Positions 1-10,241 of a stretch of 64,000 nucleotides of DNA are shown here, one piece after another. The position numbers and the translations under genes were made by a program. Position 1 is the first letter of the stretch. Each line of letters opens with the position of its first letter. The notes beneath the pieces were generated by a model, which made no database searches, was not told where the DNA came from, and was given only the letters and a program-made list of their open reading frames with translations. Source of the stretch: a virus (taxonomy: Duplodnaviria; Caudoviricetes); IMG/VR virus record IMGVR_UViG_3300001528_000425, positions 128,001 through 192,000 of that record; one strand, given 5' to 3'.

Positions 1-672
1 GTTACGGCTGGTATCGATTCCTACACGGAATATGTATCCGGTCAGATCATTCTGGATGGCAACGGTAATCCGATCATCGATCCCAATGCGTATCCGTCTA
101 CGATCTATCTGATCGAGATGTTGCACCTGGATGCCAAGTTACTGGCAAGTACCACTACCTCTTACCGAAACTATCCGGAAGAGACTTGTGGTGTTCTCCG
201 GTCTTACTTCCAGACAACTCGTACGGTCAAGGATCAGTTGATGGAGAACACCAGACTGTTCTTCGAACCATTGCGATCGATCGGGAACGGATCGTATAAG
301 AACGCTGCCGGACAGACTGTTGAGATGTCGCTCGACATCACCATGAAACTGCGAGTCTACGTCAGTCAAGCGGCTGCCAGCGATTCCCAATTGATGGATC
401 TGTTGAAAGTCAAGATCGTCTCGATCATCGACAAACAGATCTTCAGTGGTACCGTGAACTGTGCGGACATCGCACAGATCCTGCAAGAGGAAGTTCCGGA
501 TACAGTTCAGTACGTTGATATCCTTGGTATCAATGATGATCCTGATCTGCAGACGTTGATCTTCGCTGACGAACATGTTCGTCCTCACTTGAAACACGAA
601 CTTGTGCTTCTTGAGGATGGAACAGTTGACGTCAATCGGGGATTGCATCTGGAAATCGTCGTTCAAGAATAA
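1..672 (+). CDS. 5'-truncated CDS, probable virion/baseplate structural protein (C-terminal part)
   Basis: Frame is open from base 1 (VTAGIDSY...) to TAA at 672 and is followed by a terminator hairpin. The function is a guess. Confidence 0.6.
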   Translation, partial: VTAGIDSYTEYVSGQIILDGNGNPIIDPNAYPSTIYLIEMLHLDAKLLASTTTSYRNYPEETCGVLRSYFQTTRTVKDQLMENTRLFFEPLRSIGNGSYKNAAGQTVEMSLDITMKLRVYVSQAAASDSQLMDLLKVKIVSIIDKQIFSGTVNCADIAQILQEEVPDTVQYVDILGINDDPDLQTLIFADEHVRPHLKHELVLLEDGTVDVNRGLHLEIVVQE

Positions 673-677
673 CTCAA

Positions 678-713
678 CAACTAGGATGAGGGATCATTCC
701 CTCATCCTAGTTG
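678..713. terminator. Intrinsic terminator hairpin
   Basis: 16-bp stem CAACTAGGATGAGGGA/TCCCTCATCCTAGTTG followed by a T-rich run. Confidence 0.85.
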
Positions 714-784
714 CCTTTATTTTTTATGAATCTTGTATATATTGTAACAAGAAGAATATACCAATTAACAGAGGAGATTTCTAA

Positions 785-1102
785 ATGGGTAAATTCATGA
801 ACGGATTGAATTGGGTACTCCAAGTATGCGAAGAGATCCGAAACAGTGATCGTGCACGTGAGGAAGAGGAACTTGATCGACAGAACCGACGCGATATCCT
901 CAAAGACGAGGTAACGGATATTGAATACGAAGCCATGACACGGGAACAATTGATCAGAGGGCTGAAAGACGCTCGTGCTATCAGCAAAACTATCGCTCTC
1001 GAAAATGCTGATCTCAGAACTAAGGTCGAAGAACTTACGCATAAAGGCCGTGAGCTCGAGAAAGAGATCAGAGAACTCGATCCAAATAGAGAAGAATACT
1101 GA
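785..1102 (+). CDS. Hypothetical coiled-coil protein
   Basis: GAGGAG RBS, 105 aa, charged heptads; GTATATATTGT upstream resembles the early promoter. Confidence 0.75.
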   Translation: MGKFMNGLNWVLQVCEEIRNSDRAREEEELDRQNRRDILKDEVTDIEYEAMTREQLIRGLKDARAISKTIALENADLRTKVEELTHKGRELEKEIRELDPNREEY

Positions 1103-1141
1103 TGCAATAATGAATTAACTTTTAGAAAGAGAATACGTGAC

Positions 1142-1471
1142 ATGGACTCATTTAAGCCGATGGAAACATCATCCGCTATCACAGAACACAAGAACCGGAG
1201 GCATCGTGTTCTGAAGTTCAGAAATATGCTTCGCAATAAGATCGATCTTCCCTTACAAGAACAATGCAAGTTCTTGATCAACACCGGAGAGATCTCGATC
1301 GCTTCCCTTGCTTCTATGGTGGACCTTACCGAGAACGATATCCGATATCTGCTCGAAGGTAAGGAATACCCTTACATACGATCCAACTGGTTCAGATATC
1401 TCCACGAACCAGAGGATCATGCCGTTCCAGCCGATACACGAAAGTACAAATACAAACGAAAGAATCGCTAA
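1142..1471 (+). CDS. Hypothetical protein, possible HTH DNA-binding
   Basis: ISIASLASMVDLTENDIRYLL looks HTH-like; basic C-terminus. Confidence 0.55.
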   Translation: MDSFKPMETSSAITEHKNRRHRVLKFRNMLRNKIDLPLQEQCKFLINTGEISIASLASMVDLTENDIRYLLEGKEYPYIRSNWFRYLHEPEDHAVPADTRKYKYKRKNR

Positions 1472-1483
1472 GGAGGACTCACC

Positions 1484-2647
1484 ATGCCTGTTAAGGAAAT
1501 ACGTCTCAACTTCCAGAAACACAACGACACCTTCAATGCAAAAGCAGTTCTGAATAATGAAGAGATCAAGAATCTTCAGTTCGGAAAAGGTCGTATCACA
1601 CAAGTCGGAATTCGGGTGGATGATCAAGTGTACCCGATGTCATTACCGAATCCTACAATGGAAGAATTCATACCGACGGTTTATGCGGTATATCGTACAG
1701 ATGAATTACCGGCTCTTACTCTATATACCAGGAGCCTCATGCTCAATCTGTGCCTGAACGCGGATTCACGTTCCATCATGGATGATAAGATCCCAGCAAT
1801 GGAACCGATTCCGTCTAAGTTGGATCTCCTCGCGTCCAATCAAGTTCTCAATATTGATTTGTGCGGATCTCTAACTCTACAGCATACCGTTCCAACACAG
1901 GGTGCTGCGGAACTTGAAGTCCGCAGCAGTTGTAAGTTGGTCTCAACGATCGATGACATCGAATGGATTGCTACCGCTCAGGAAGACGAAAAGCGTAAGC
2001 TAAGAGATCTTAAGTTGTCAGTTTCTCTGGAGTGGATGATTATCGAACTTCCTATGTATCACGAAGTGCTACGCGACTCACCCAAATGTGACGTCATTAT
2101 TCACGAGATCGATCCGGCCGAAGGACGAGTGTCGGCTATCCGAGAAGGAAGACTCTACGCACAAGGACATCAGATCAAGTTCTTCATGGAGAAAGGCTGC
2201 GAAGATCTGGCTCCTACCAGAGCTCATGATGATGACAGTGGTTTCGATGTGCGTGCATCTCTCGATATGACAGTTGATCCACATTCGGTAAGAGGAGTTC
2301 CCACTGGCGTTCATATGGAGATGGGAAGATCGCGACATTTCATGATGGAAATCCAAGTGAGACCGAGATCGGGATTGGCGATCAAACACATGATCACAGT
2401 TCTGAACACTCCGGGTACCATCGACAACGGCTATCGAGGAGAAGTCGTCATTATCCTTGCCAATCTGAGTGACAAGCCCTTCGAAGTCAAACGAGGAGAT
2501 CGTATCGCTCAATTGGTTCCGATCATGGTACCGATCGTCAAAGCGGACGTTCTCAATCTTTCTGACGAAGTAACTGCGCAGTACTGGGATCATATCTGTG
2601 ATACTCCTCGTGCTACCGGTGGATTCGGTTCTACGGGGTTGTCATGA
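1484..2647 (+). CDS. dut: Trimeric-type dUTPase with ~225-aa N-terminal extension
   Basis: Five motifs: DSGFDV, RPRSGLA, GTIDNGYRGEV, GDRIAQL, RATGGFGSTG; AGGAGG RBS. Confidence 0.93.
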   Translation: MPVKEIRLNFQKHNDTFNAKAVLNNEEIKNLQFGKGRITQVGIRVDDQVYPMSLPNPTMEEFIPTVYAVYRTDELPALTLYTRSLMLNLCLNADSRSIMDDKIPAMEPIPSKLDLLASNQVLNIDLCGSLTLQHTVPTQGAAELEVRSSCKLVSTIDDIEWIATAQEDEKRKLRDLKLSVSLEWMIIELPMYHEVLRDSPKCDVIIHEIDPAEGRVSAIREGRLYAQGHQIKFFMEKGCEDLAPTRAHDDDSGFDVRASLDMTVDPHSVRGVPTGVHMEMGRSRHFMMEIQVRPRSGLAIKHMITVLNTPGTIDNGYRGEVVIILANLSDKPFEVKRGDRIAQLVPIMVPIVKADVLNLSDEVTAQYWDHICDTPRATGGFGSTGLS

Positions 2648-3378
2648 AACAGAGACTCGCTATGACATTGGAAGATCCTCTGGATCATGCCACAAGAGTC
2701 GTTGGACTCGTTGGAAGGATGAAATCAGGGAAGGATACTTTAGCCGAATTTATCAAGGAAAACGCCACAGGTTCTGTCAAAATTATCCACATGGCAGATA
2801 CCCTCAAGGAGATTGGCTTGCTCTTCGGTTTTACCAAAGAACAGCTCAACGATCAATCCTTGAAAGAAGTGGTTGATCCTTACTGGGGCGTTACTCCTCG
2901 GTACTTCCTACAACTGGTTGGAACTGAGATGTTCCGTAACTTGTTCAGGCAAGATGTGTGGACGAAGTTACTAGAACGTCGTATTCGTGCCAACGAAGAC
3001 AACGTGGATCTCTACATCATCGCTGACATTCGATTCCCGAATGAGGCTCGTATGGTACAGGATCTTGGGGGAACAGTGATTCGGGTGTTTCGAGATACAG
3101 TGGAAAAGAAATTCCACCACGATCTTAAGCAAGCTCGATTCACTACGTTCTGTTCTAAGATCCCCCTTCTGAACAAACCTATCCTCTGGATACTGAAGAA
3201 GTGTGGAATGTATCACGCTCCTATCCATGCGTCTGAAGCATTGATGGATGAAATCGAATTCGATCTGGATGTACAGAACAATCGATCTTTATCTGATCTC
3301 AAACGTATTGCTCAAGCACTGATCAGTGATATCGAATGTGGTGTATTCGATCTTCCCAGATTTGATGACAAAAAATAA
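2644..3378 (+). CDS. Deoxynucleoside monophosphate kinase (T4 gp1-like)
   Basis: GRMKSGKDT P-loop, TPRYFLQLVGTE, DIRFPNEA, HASE; ATGA overlap with dut. Confidence 0.9.
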   Translation: MKQRLAMTLEDPLDHATRVVGLVGRMKSGKDTLAEFIKENATGSVKIIHMADTLKEIGLLFGFTKEQLNDQSLKEVVDPYWGVTPRYFLQLVGTEMFRNLFRQDVWTKLLERRIRANEDNVDLYIIADIRFPNEARMVQDLGGTVIRVFRDTVEKKFHHDLKQARFTTFCSKIPLLNKPILWILKKCGMYHAPIHASEALMDEIEFDLDVQNNRSLSDLKRIAQALISDIECGVFDLPRFDDKK

Positions 3379-3387
3379 AGACAAGTA

Positions 3388-3427
3388 CTAGGTAGGTGGA
3401 GCGGGATGCCCCGCTCCACCTACCTAG
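3388..3427. terminator. Bidirectional terminator hairpin
   Basis: 18-bp stem between convergent genes. Confidence 0.85.
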
Positions 3428-3429
3428 GT

Positions 3430-3690
3430 TTATGAAGTCGCTAATTGATAAACGGTCTGGTGTTTACCGAATCGATCTTTCACCGTAAGTGTCAGCCGAT
3501 AGTAAATCAAACGTCCGTTCTCAATCAATTCCAGATTCATCTGGTGAGTACTGAAACTCTTGCTGAACTTCTTGATCTCCTTATTCAAGAAGAACGTGAC
3601 AGAGTCTCTATCCTTCTGAGATTTCGCGGGAGTCTTGGCTTTCTCCCGCATATTCAGAAGGAACTTTTCGAACTCTACTTCAACCTTCAT
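3430..3690 (-). CDS. Hypothetical basic protein
   Basis: 86 aa, overlaps the upstream stop, GGAGGAAGG RBS. Confidence 0.7.
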   Translation of the reverse strand: MKVEVEFEKFLLNMREKAKTPAKSQKDRDSVTFFLNKEIKKFSKSFSTHQMNLELIENGRLIYYRLTLTVKDRFGKHQTVYQLATS

Positions 3691-3902
3691 GCAGTAGCTC
3701 CTTCCTCCTGTTTGTTGCTGATGGTTTCTTCATTCTCTTCAGCGTGATTGCCGTTGGCATATGCACGCAGTGCCTCGGTCGCGATGAGGTCCACCTTCTT
3801 GGCGAACCGATAACCTTCGATGATGTTCACGATTTTGGCAGCCAGGTAAACGGTACCCAGAACTCCACAGACGATTCCGACTCCTTTGGCGAAGTTGTTC
3901 AT
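3687..3902 (-). CDS. Small single-TM protein
   Basis: AAGGAG RBS; hydrophobic GVGIVCGVLGTVYLAA. Confidence 0.7.
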   Translation of the reverse strand: MNNFAKGVGIVCGVLGTVYLAAKIVNIIEGYRFAKKVDLIATEALRAYANGNHAEENEETISNKQEEGATA

Positions 3903-3914
3903 GATAATGACTCC

Positions 3915-4073
3915 TTATTGATTGTTGGATTTGCAAAGGTCGATTGCTGCTTTCGCAGCGGAAGCGAGGAGGATAACTCCTCCGATCAGTACGGCCGATT
4001 CTGCCGTTTTAACGGCGATCGTTCTCACGTATGCACTACGACATGCAGTGATTTCTTTGATTTCTTGTTCCAT
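3915..4073 (-). CDS. Small single-TM protein (52 aa, MEQEIK...)
   Basis: Start re-called at the ATG after AAAGGA; hydrophobic AVLIGGVILLASAA. Confidence 0.65.
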   Translation of the reverse strand: MEQEIKEITACRSAYVRTIAVKTAESAVLIGGVILLASAAKAAIDLCKSNNQ

Positions 4074-4089
4074 GATATCAGTTCCTTTA

Positions 4090-4281
4090 CTAGTTATTCC
4101 CTTTGAGTTTGTTGTAAGTAATGTAACTTCCCGCCGCGATAGCGGCGACACCGATAGCGGAAAGGGTTCCATAAATGAAACCACGTTTCGCTCCTTCCTG
4201 CTGGCCTTTGACGAATCCGTTGACGTATCCGCTGGCCCGAGTGGAATCCAGAATGCAATGAATGATGAACTCACGATCCAT
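4090..4281 (-). CDS. Small C-terminal TM protein
   Basis: AAGGAG RBS; FIYGTLSAIGVAAIAAG. Confidence 0.7.
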   Translation of the reverse strand: MDREFIIHCILDSTRASGYVNGFVKGQQEGAKRGFIYGTLSAIGVAAIAAGSYITYNKLKGNN

Positions 4282-4337
4282 AATAAAATCTCCTTGTTTA
4301 GGTTGGTTAGGTTTATCTTTGTATCATCTTCACCTAA

Positions 4338-4347
4338 GTAATCTATG
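4338..4347 (-). promoter_or_regulatory. Early promoter (phiKZ TATATTAC-type), CATAGATTAC
   Basis: One of 6 related motifs, each upstream of a minus-strand gene start. Confidence 0.65.
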
Positions 4348-4437
4348 CGTGAAACAAGATGAATAACACGATAACCATCGTATAGATTCACAATGGTATT
4401 TACCGATACTTAATCGTTTCAATTTAGGAGACTCCAA

Positions 4438-4611
4438 ATGGACGAAAAACCTCAAGTTGTCTGCAAGGACACTGTCTCGGCGTACGCGGTGGCGTTCGCT
4501 GTGGCCCGTGATGTCATCACGCTGGTGAAGAAAGATTCCCCGCAGGATGCTGTCAAAGTCGACGCCAAAATTTTCAACACCGTTGTTGCTGCCGGCAACG
4601 GACTCAACTAA
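4438..4611 (+). CDS. Small hypothetical protein (57 aa, MDEKPQVV...; absent from ORF track)
   Basis: TAGGAG RBS, ATG to TAA, codon usage like the next gene. Confidence 0.7.
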   Translation: MDEKPQVVCKDTVSAYAVAFAVARDVITLVKKDSPQDAVKVDAKIFNTVVAAGNGLN

Positions 4612-4623
4612 GGGAACCCAATC

Positions 4624-6189
4624 ATGAGTCAAATGGATAACTTCAAGGCTCTTCTCTCCGAGCGGTTCGCGATGGTGGAGGGTGGCGGTCTCGCTTATGT
4701 CGAACTGAAGGATAACACGGAACTCGGGCTTCTGCTCAACGACGTGATCGCCAATATCGAAGTCGAACCCGGTGAAACTCCTGGCGCCACTGCCGGTCGT
4801 ATCGTCGACGCGTTATTCGCCGAAATCGAGAACCCGGATCGTCCGGATCTCAAAGAAGCGTACATGGCAGTTGTCAAAGCATTCGCCGACAAAATCTCCA
4901 ATGCACTGTCTGATCTCAGTGCTTCCCAGAATGAAGCCAATCTCCTGGCTCAGAAGGTCACTGACCAGTACAACGTTTCCGTTGCCAACGATCCGTTCAC
5001 TCGGGAACATCTCGGCAAAGATCGTTCTGCAGCTGAAGTCAACTTCAAACCGTTCCCGTGGGATACCGTGACAGCTTGCCTCGGACCGGAGAAGTTCATC
5101 GTTCATAACGTGAACGATGTCGTGCTCACTCCCGACAGCGAACGGAAAGCCGTGGTGGATGCTTCTTACATGCATCTGGCTGCCAACAAAGTCGATCCTG
5201 CACAGTTCAGCGATATTACGCTGGAGCAGTTCAGCGAAGAAGGGCGCGCTCTGGTGGTCAAACAGATCGCTGGCACTCTGGAACGGTGTGAAGAGGAAGT
5301 GGCCAAAGGCCTGTCCGCTCTCACCTCGAAACAGTTCTTCACCAACATGCTCAGCCTGGTTCGGCAGTATCGTCAGAAACCGGAGATGGCGTTGGAGGAT
5401 CTTTTCAATTCCATCGAATACATCCGAGTGGTGTCTCCGGTGATCGATTGTCTGGAAACTTCCAGTGTCGAAATGAGCGGAGATATCAAGGCGATGCTTC
5501 TCGCCAACGCTCCTGCCGTTCGGCGCATCATGCAGATCATGGGATACTATTCCACCTTCATCCGTCACACCATGCTCAACGAAGCTTATCTGATCCGCGG
5601 AGGTTACACCAACCCGGATCTTCAGAAGGCATTTGAAGAAGCCAAGGGCGATGCGGCTATGCTGGCCACGTACGTGCTGGGTATGTTCCAGGGTAATGTC
5701 GACAGCATTCCGCTTACCGGTGTGACGGTCAATACGATCGTTTCCACTGCTTCCAGGATGGAAGAGATCGTCAAACAGGATACCCGGAACATCGAACAGC
5801 GGCTTACCATCGCGGTTAATACCTACCGCAAGGAAGCATTCAAACACCAGGGCGATATCTGGTTGAAGCAGCTCGCGGCAACGAAGACCGACGCCGAAGA
5901 ACGGGAGGACATCCTGGATGACGGCGATGACGCCATGGATATCCTGGCGACGAATATCGCCACGTTCAACATGCCGACGGTTGACGCTTGCATGGCTCTG
6001 GTCATGGAAGTTGCGAACAGCAACAAATTCTCCAAGATCCTCTGGAAGAAGTTCGGTGCCGCCTACACGAAACGGCTGGTCGAAGGCGGTGACGTCGATC
6101 AGGCTACGATCGATCTTCTGGAATCTGGTGTGATCTGTGATTTGGTTATCCAGTTCATCTTTAAGAAGATGGTAGCGAAACAAGACTAA
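4624..6189 (+). CDS. Hypothetical alpha-helical protein, 521 aa
   Basis: Long ORF with strong C-ending codon bias; no motif recognised. Confidence 0.8.
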   Translation: MSQMDNFKALLSERFAMVEGGGLAYVELKDNTELGLLLNDVIANIEVEPGETPGATAGRIVDALFAEIENPDRPDLKEAYMAVVKAFADKISNALSDLSASQNEANLLAQKVTDQYNVSVANDPFTREHLGKDRSAAEVNFKPFPWDTVTACLGPEKFIVHNVNDVVLTPDSERKAVVDASYMHLAANKVDPAQFSDITLEQFSEEGRALVVKQIAGTLERCEEEVAKGLSALTSKQFFTNMLSLVRQYRQKPEMALEDLFNSIEYIRVVSPVIDCLETSSVEMSGDIKAMLLANAPAVRRIMQIMGYYSTFIRHTMLNEAYLIRGGYTNPDLQKAFEEAKGDAAMLATYVLGMFQGNVDSIPLTGVTVNTIVSTASRMEEIVKQDTRNIEQRLTIAVNTYRKEAFKHQGDIWLKQLAATKTDAEEREDILDDGDDAMDILATNIATFNMPTVDACMALVMEVANSNKFSKILWKKFGAAYTKRLVEGGDVDQATIDLLESGVICDLVIQFIFKKMVAKQD

Positions 6190-6210
6190 GAGAAACAAAA
6201 AAATAAAAGG

Positions 6211-6244
6211 ACAGCCGGTGGAGGTCTACCCTCCACCGGACTGT
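6211..6244. terminator. Bidirectional terminator hairpin
   Basis: CCGGTGGAGG/CCTCCACCGG stem with A-run before and T-run after. Confidence 0.8.
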
Positions 6245-6265
6245 TCTTGTTTTGATGATGATTCT

Positions 6266-7585
6266 TTAGAACAACTGACGTTGTTTTTGAACAACCGGGC
6301 ATTCATCGGTATAATACCAGAAGTACCCGTCGATCTCTTCCCCATCAGGGAAGACTTGCTTGAGCTGATCGATGGTGACAGTGCTGTCAAGGGGTTTCAC
6401 ACAAACGCGATAGACTCCTTGCTTGATCAGTACATACCCGACCGCAACCTTCGCGAACTTTCCATTGATCGCAACAATATCGATTGTATATCGAATTGCG
6501 TCGTAGATACCCGGAAGATAAGGATGATTCATTGCCAAGGCGTGGATACCAGTGGGACCGAACTCAGTGAGATAACTCAACGATCTGAGCGCGATGGTAT
6601 CGTTCTTCGCCGCACATTGCCGAATGATAGCGTTCGTTGATTTGAACGCTTCGAGTTCCTGATAAGGAATCAGCACGTCCTTCAATGCAGGAGGATCTGT
6701 CTTCTTCGGCATAGTGAAAACTTGCGTGTCTGCTGTCCACCCGGCAGCGCCAGCATGCCCACCCCCGTTATACGCTAATGCGATATCGATCACAGGCTTC
6801 TCTTCCGTTGTGGCATATACCGAATACCGATATTTCCCAACATCAGAAGTCCAGGCATACATCATCAATCCGTCGTAGATGGACCGATCTTCAACACTGT
6901 CGAAGAACCAACTCACGGATTGTCTGGTGTTGGCTGCAAGGATCTGCTTCCCATTGACTTCAGTCGAGAAGGCCAGATCATGAGCCCATACCTTATCTCG
7001 TCTTACCTGATATTCTTCGATCGGTCTTCCGAGTTGAAGGATGGAACTGAGACGACGACTGCTCGTCGATAACAGGTCCTCCCATATGGCAGCGCCTTGT
7101 TTGGTGTTCGGTCGAGTGTCGAACAGGTCGATGCCGAAGAAGAACGCACGCGTATCCGTTTCGGTGAATTGCCACCGATCGTAATCGTCCACGAGCTTGA
7201 GAGCTCTCGGTACTTCTTTGCCTGGGAAGAAGAAATCCCAGCAAAGCAAAGCGCCACATCTGGAATCATCCCTGATACCCTTGATCTTGTCGAGGATTCC
7301 CATGGTCTTAAGCTCTTCTTCTATCGATTGATAGTTCTGCTTGTGATGATCAAGCCAAGCGATATTGCAGCCACGATCCAGCAACATCTTGAAGTCAGTT
7401 GCTGGAATGCTGAAGTCTGCAATAACAACATTACACCCAGCTTCGATGCGCTCGTACGGAATAGACCTTCCATAATTGGTCAGGATGATGACGACTTTGG
7501 AGTTATCTCCGAATCGCTTCAGGATTACTCCACCAGCCGCCGCTGCATCCATGTCGTTGTGTAAGATTGCGAAGATTGTTTTCAT
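6266..7585 (-). CDS. DHH/DHHA1 family phosphoesterase with C-terminal extension
   Basis: HNDMD, IADFS, WLDHH, DYDRW, GGGHAGAAG; start re-called at MKTIF after AAGGAG. Confidence 0.9.
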   Translation of the reverse strand: MKTIFAILHNDMDAAAAGGVILKRFGDNSKVVIILTNYGRSIPYERIEAGCNVVIADFSIPATDFKMLLDRGCNIAWLDHHKQNYQSIEEELKTMGILDKIKGIRDDSRCGALLCWDFFFPGKEVPRALKLVDDYDRWQFTETDTRAFFFGIDLFDTRPNTKQGAAIWEDLLSTSSRRLSSILQLGRPIEEYQVRRDKVWAHDLAFSTEVNGKQILAANTRQSVSWFFDSVEDRSIYDGLMMYAWTSDVGKYRYSVYATTEEKPVIDIALAYNGGGHAGAAGWTADTQVFTMPKKTDPPALKDVLIPYQELEAFKSTNAIIRQCAAKNDTIALRSLSYLTEFGPTGIHALAMNHPYLPGIYDAIRYTIDIVAINGKFAKVAVGYVLIKQGVYRVCVKPLDSTVTIDQLKQVFPDGEEIDGYFWYYTDECPVVQKQRQLF

Positions 7586-7673
7586 GATTCGTGTCTCCTT
7601 TATGGGTAAATTGTTGTGAACTAAAATCGTGCACATGGTAGTGCTGTCGTAAGGTAAGTAGATCTTCACATAA

Positions 7674-7683
7674 GTAATATATG
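7674..7683 (-). promoter_or_regulatory. Early promoter CATATATTAC
   Basis: Exact TATATTAC upstream of the DHH gene. Confidence 0.7.
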
Positions 7684-7765
7684 TGCAAGGACTGATCGAA
7701 TATGCCTTCCGTAGCATGGTCAAATTTCGTACTTAAATATTAACCAGATACAAAGGAAATGCTCG

Positions 7766-9655
7766 ATGGGTCAAGTTGTATATAACAACATTACCTCTCA
7801 GTATCAGTACGTGTATGGATCTGGTTCGAACCAGAAATCCTTACCACTGGTGAGAGTTTCCGATATCCCAGCCAGAGATCGCATCAAAGATCCAACTACT
7901 CCGGTTTACGTGGTAGATGCTTCCAGAGATCCCTCGGTCGGGAAAGGATGGGCTATCTATTACTGGGACGTAGAACTCGAACATTGGGTCAAGATGGCAG
8001 AAGAAGAGTCTATGGACTTGAATCTCCCACCCGAAGCCGAGTTATTCGATGCCGTCACAAAACGACATGTCCACATGAATTTAGACGTTCTCAATCAGTT
8101 CTCTATTTCCATCAACGGAAAGATCGCATGGAAAGATACCGAACTGGTCACTGAGACTGCACCTGACAATATCATCTACGGTTCGCTTGCAGATGTTCAA
8201 GGACGGTACAACGTAGCCAGTGGTTATGCTGTCAACATTACCGCTTATGATGCAGCAACCAACACGATCAAGATCGCTCTTCTCGGCGATCACAGTGAGA
8301 AGTTCGTTCCTGATACGTTCACTGCAGGAACTCCGATCCAGCTCAGACTTGGTAAGTCTGATCAGGAGACGAGTCGTCCTAATGTCGTCAAAGCTGTAAC
8401 CAGTGTGGACCAGGAAGGCGACGGCGAATACGCCTACGTCAAATCGATGACACTGGAACTGCAAGAACCTCTTGGGTATGAAGGAAATAAAACCTTCGAT
8501 CCAACAGAAGAAGGGGAATGTGCAGTTGCGGTTGTTCCTGACAACGATCGAGATGTTGCCTGTTTTATTTCAGGTGAGCACAACTGGGGCGTTGGCTGGA
8601 ACTCATCTACAACCGGACTCGGAAATATCAATGTCGGTGATTACAGTTCTGTGACAGGCGTTGACAACATCTGTACCGGTGAGAACTGTTGCGTTGGAGG
8701 ATGTTCCAATACAGTTACCGGAAGTGAATCTGCTGTCTATGGGGTGAACAACCTCACAGAAGGCCGAAATAACTTCGTGATCGGTGGAAACAATCGCTGT
8801 ACTTACTCGTTCATCGGCAAGGAAGCTGTTACACCCACATATGCTGACGATTGCATGATCGCCGGTATGGGTAACGAATCCACCGTGATCGGAGCCAGGA
8901 TCTTCGGGTTCCAGAACCGTGTCTACGGCTATATGGGAGCCACTTTCGGTTACAATAATGAAATTACTGTTACCGGTAAGTATGCTCTTGCACTGGGTTC
9001 GTTTCTGACGATCGCAGCTCCTGGCGCCATTGCATTTGGTCGTGGTGGAGATATTCCGGAATTCGAAGGAACCTTAGATTATTCTTCCTATGCTGCTGGT
9101 GATAAATCTGGCATCCACTACAAAGAGGCAGTTGTCTTCTGTGGCGGATTAGGCGGTAAAACACAAGCTGAGAGCAAGCAAATCGTTGCCGCTTACACGA
9201 AATATCGGTGGGTCAAGAACCCTGCCTACCCCTGGGGAACTGGAGCAGCGATAGAGGCCCTTCGTAAAGATACGAAGGAAGATCCGTATCTCATGGAACC
9301 CCATGATCTGTTCCGTGTATTCGGTTCACTCCGAATCGAAGGCACTGTCCAGGCTAAGGTTAAATACACTGAAGTTGCGCAGGATGCTCCGGAACTGGAT
9401 TATGAAACGAACAATCGATTCAAACTCCATATCGTGGATAATACCGGCAACACTTCGGTTTATCTGACCAACTGGGAAGACGGATGTGAAGGGGAACTCA
9501 TCGTGTATAACGGCGGTACGATCTTCTCTATTCCGGACAATTGGAATGTGATCGGCGAAATCCCTGCATTGCAAGGGAATGGCTACGATGTGTTCGAGAT
9601 CAGACAGATCGATACTGATGTCTTCATCCGTCACAAATTCGCAAAATCAAATTAA
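7766..9655 (+). CDS. Tail fibre/spike protein with beta-roll (YadA-head-like) repeats
   Basis: ~14-aa GxxN repeats (GLGNINVGDYSSVTGVDN...); N-terminal module shared with 11204. Confidence 0.7.
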   Translation: MGQVVYNNITSQYQYVYGSGSNQKSLPLVRVSDIPARDRIKDPTTPVYVVDASRDPSVGKGWAIYYWDVELEHWVKMAEEESMDLNLPPEAELFDAVTKRHVHMNLDVLNQFSISINGKIAWKDTELVTETAPDNIIYGSLADVQGRYNVASGYAVNITAYDAATNTIKIALLGDHSEKFVPDTFTAGTPIQLRLGKSDQETSRPNVVKAVTSVDQEGDGEYAYVKSMTLELQEPLGYEGNKTFDPTEEGECAVAVVPDNDRDVACFISGEHNWGVGWNSSTTGLGNINVGDYSSVTGVDNICTGENCCVGGCSNTVTGSESAVYGVNNLTEGRNNFVIGGNNRCTYSFIGKEAVTPTYADDCMIAGMGNESTVIGARIFGFQNRVYGYMGATFGYNNEITVTGKYALALGSFLTIAAPGAIAFGRGGDIPEFEGTLDYSSYAAGDKSGIHYKEAVVFCGGLGGKTQAESKQIVAAYTKYRWVKNPAYPWGTGAAIEALRKDTKEDPYLMEPHDLFRVFGSLRIEGTVQAKVKYTEVAQDAPELDYETNNRFKLHIVDNTGNTSVYLTNWEDGCEGELIVYNGGTIFSIPDNWNVIGEIPALQGNGYDVFEIRQIDTDVFIRHKFAKSN

Positions 9656-9667
9656 AGGAGACTTGCA

Positions 9668-10228
9668 ATGTCAAGATTTGTATTTCGCAAGATTGAGACA
9701 GGAGAAGAACTTCCTTACAGTACTGTCTCGATCACACGCACCATCATGGTACCACAGAAAGTCAAAAGTCCTCTCTGGGATAGTGAAGGAAATCGGTTAT
9801 CCAAAGCTCAGCTTGCTGAGTTGGGTCTGGTGGCTGTGGAGTATCCGGATCAATCCCAAGAGTGGAAAGAATGGAAGAGCTTCACCAGTATGTATGAGGC
9901 ATTCCCTGAAGCGATCGGACGTGTTGAGAAGTATCGTGATCTGATGAATCAGCTCGATATTCCTTACAGCGCTACAACCGATCAGATCGAAGCAGCTGTC
10001 CGCGAGAAGATCTCCGATCGTACAGCACAAGAAGAGATGATCGCTCGCATCAATGCTGCAATGCTTGACGTCAAAGTCAATTATCAGGCGTGGGCTATCG
10101 CTTCTGGTTTGGAGGCTTATGTCGGGAATGATTTCACGACTTGGCTCCACATGCCGATTCTGATCAAATATCTTCCATCCAGTAAACCTGTTGAACCGGA
10201 GTATCGCCAACCGATCGAACTGGATTAA
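9668..10228 (+). CDS. Hypothetical protein, possible fibre assembly chaperone
   Basis: AAGGAG RBS; directly follows the fibre gene. Confidence 0.55.
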   Translation: MSRFVFRKIETGEELPYSTVSITRTIMVPQKVKSPLWDSEGNRLSKAQLAELGLVAVEYPDQSQEWKEWKSFTSMYEAFPEAIGRVEKYRDLMNQLDIPYSATTDQIEAAVREKISDRTAQEEMIARINAAMLDVKVNYQAWAIASGLEAYVGNDFTTWLHMPILIKYLPSSKPVEPEYRQPIELD

Positions 10229-10241
10229 CCAGGAGGTTAGT

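Noticed and set aside
4624-6189. Possible chimallin or non-virion RNAP specificity subunit
   Set aside because: No recognisable motif and none of the expected neighbouring genes; left as hypothetical
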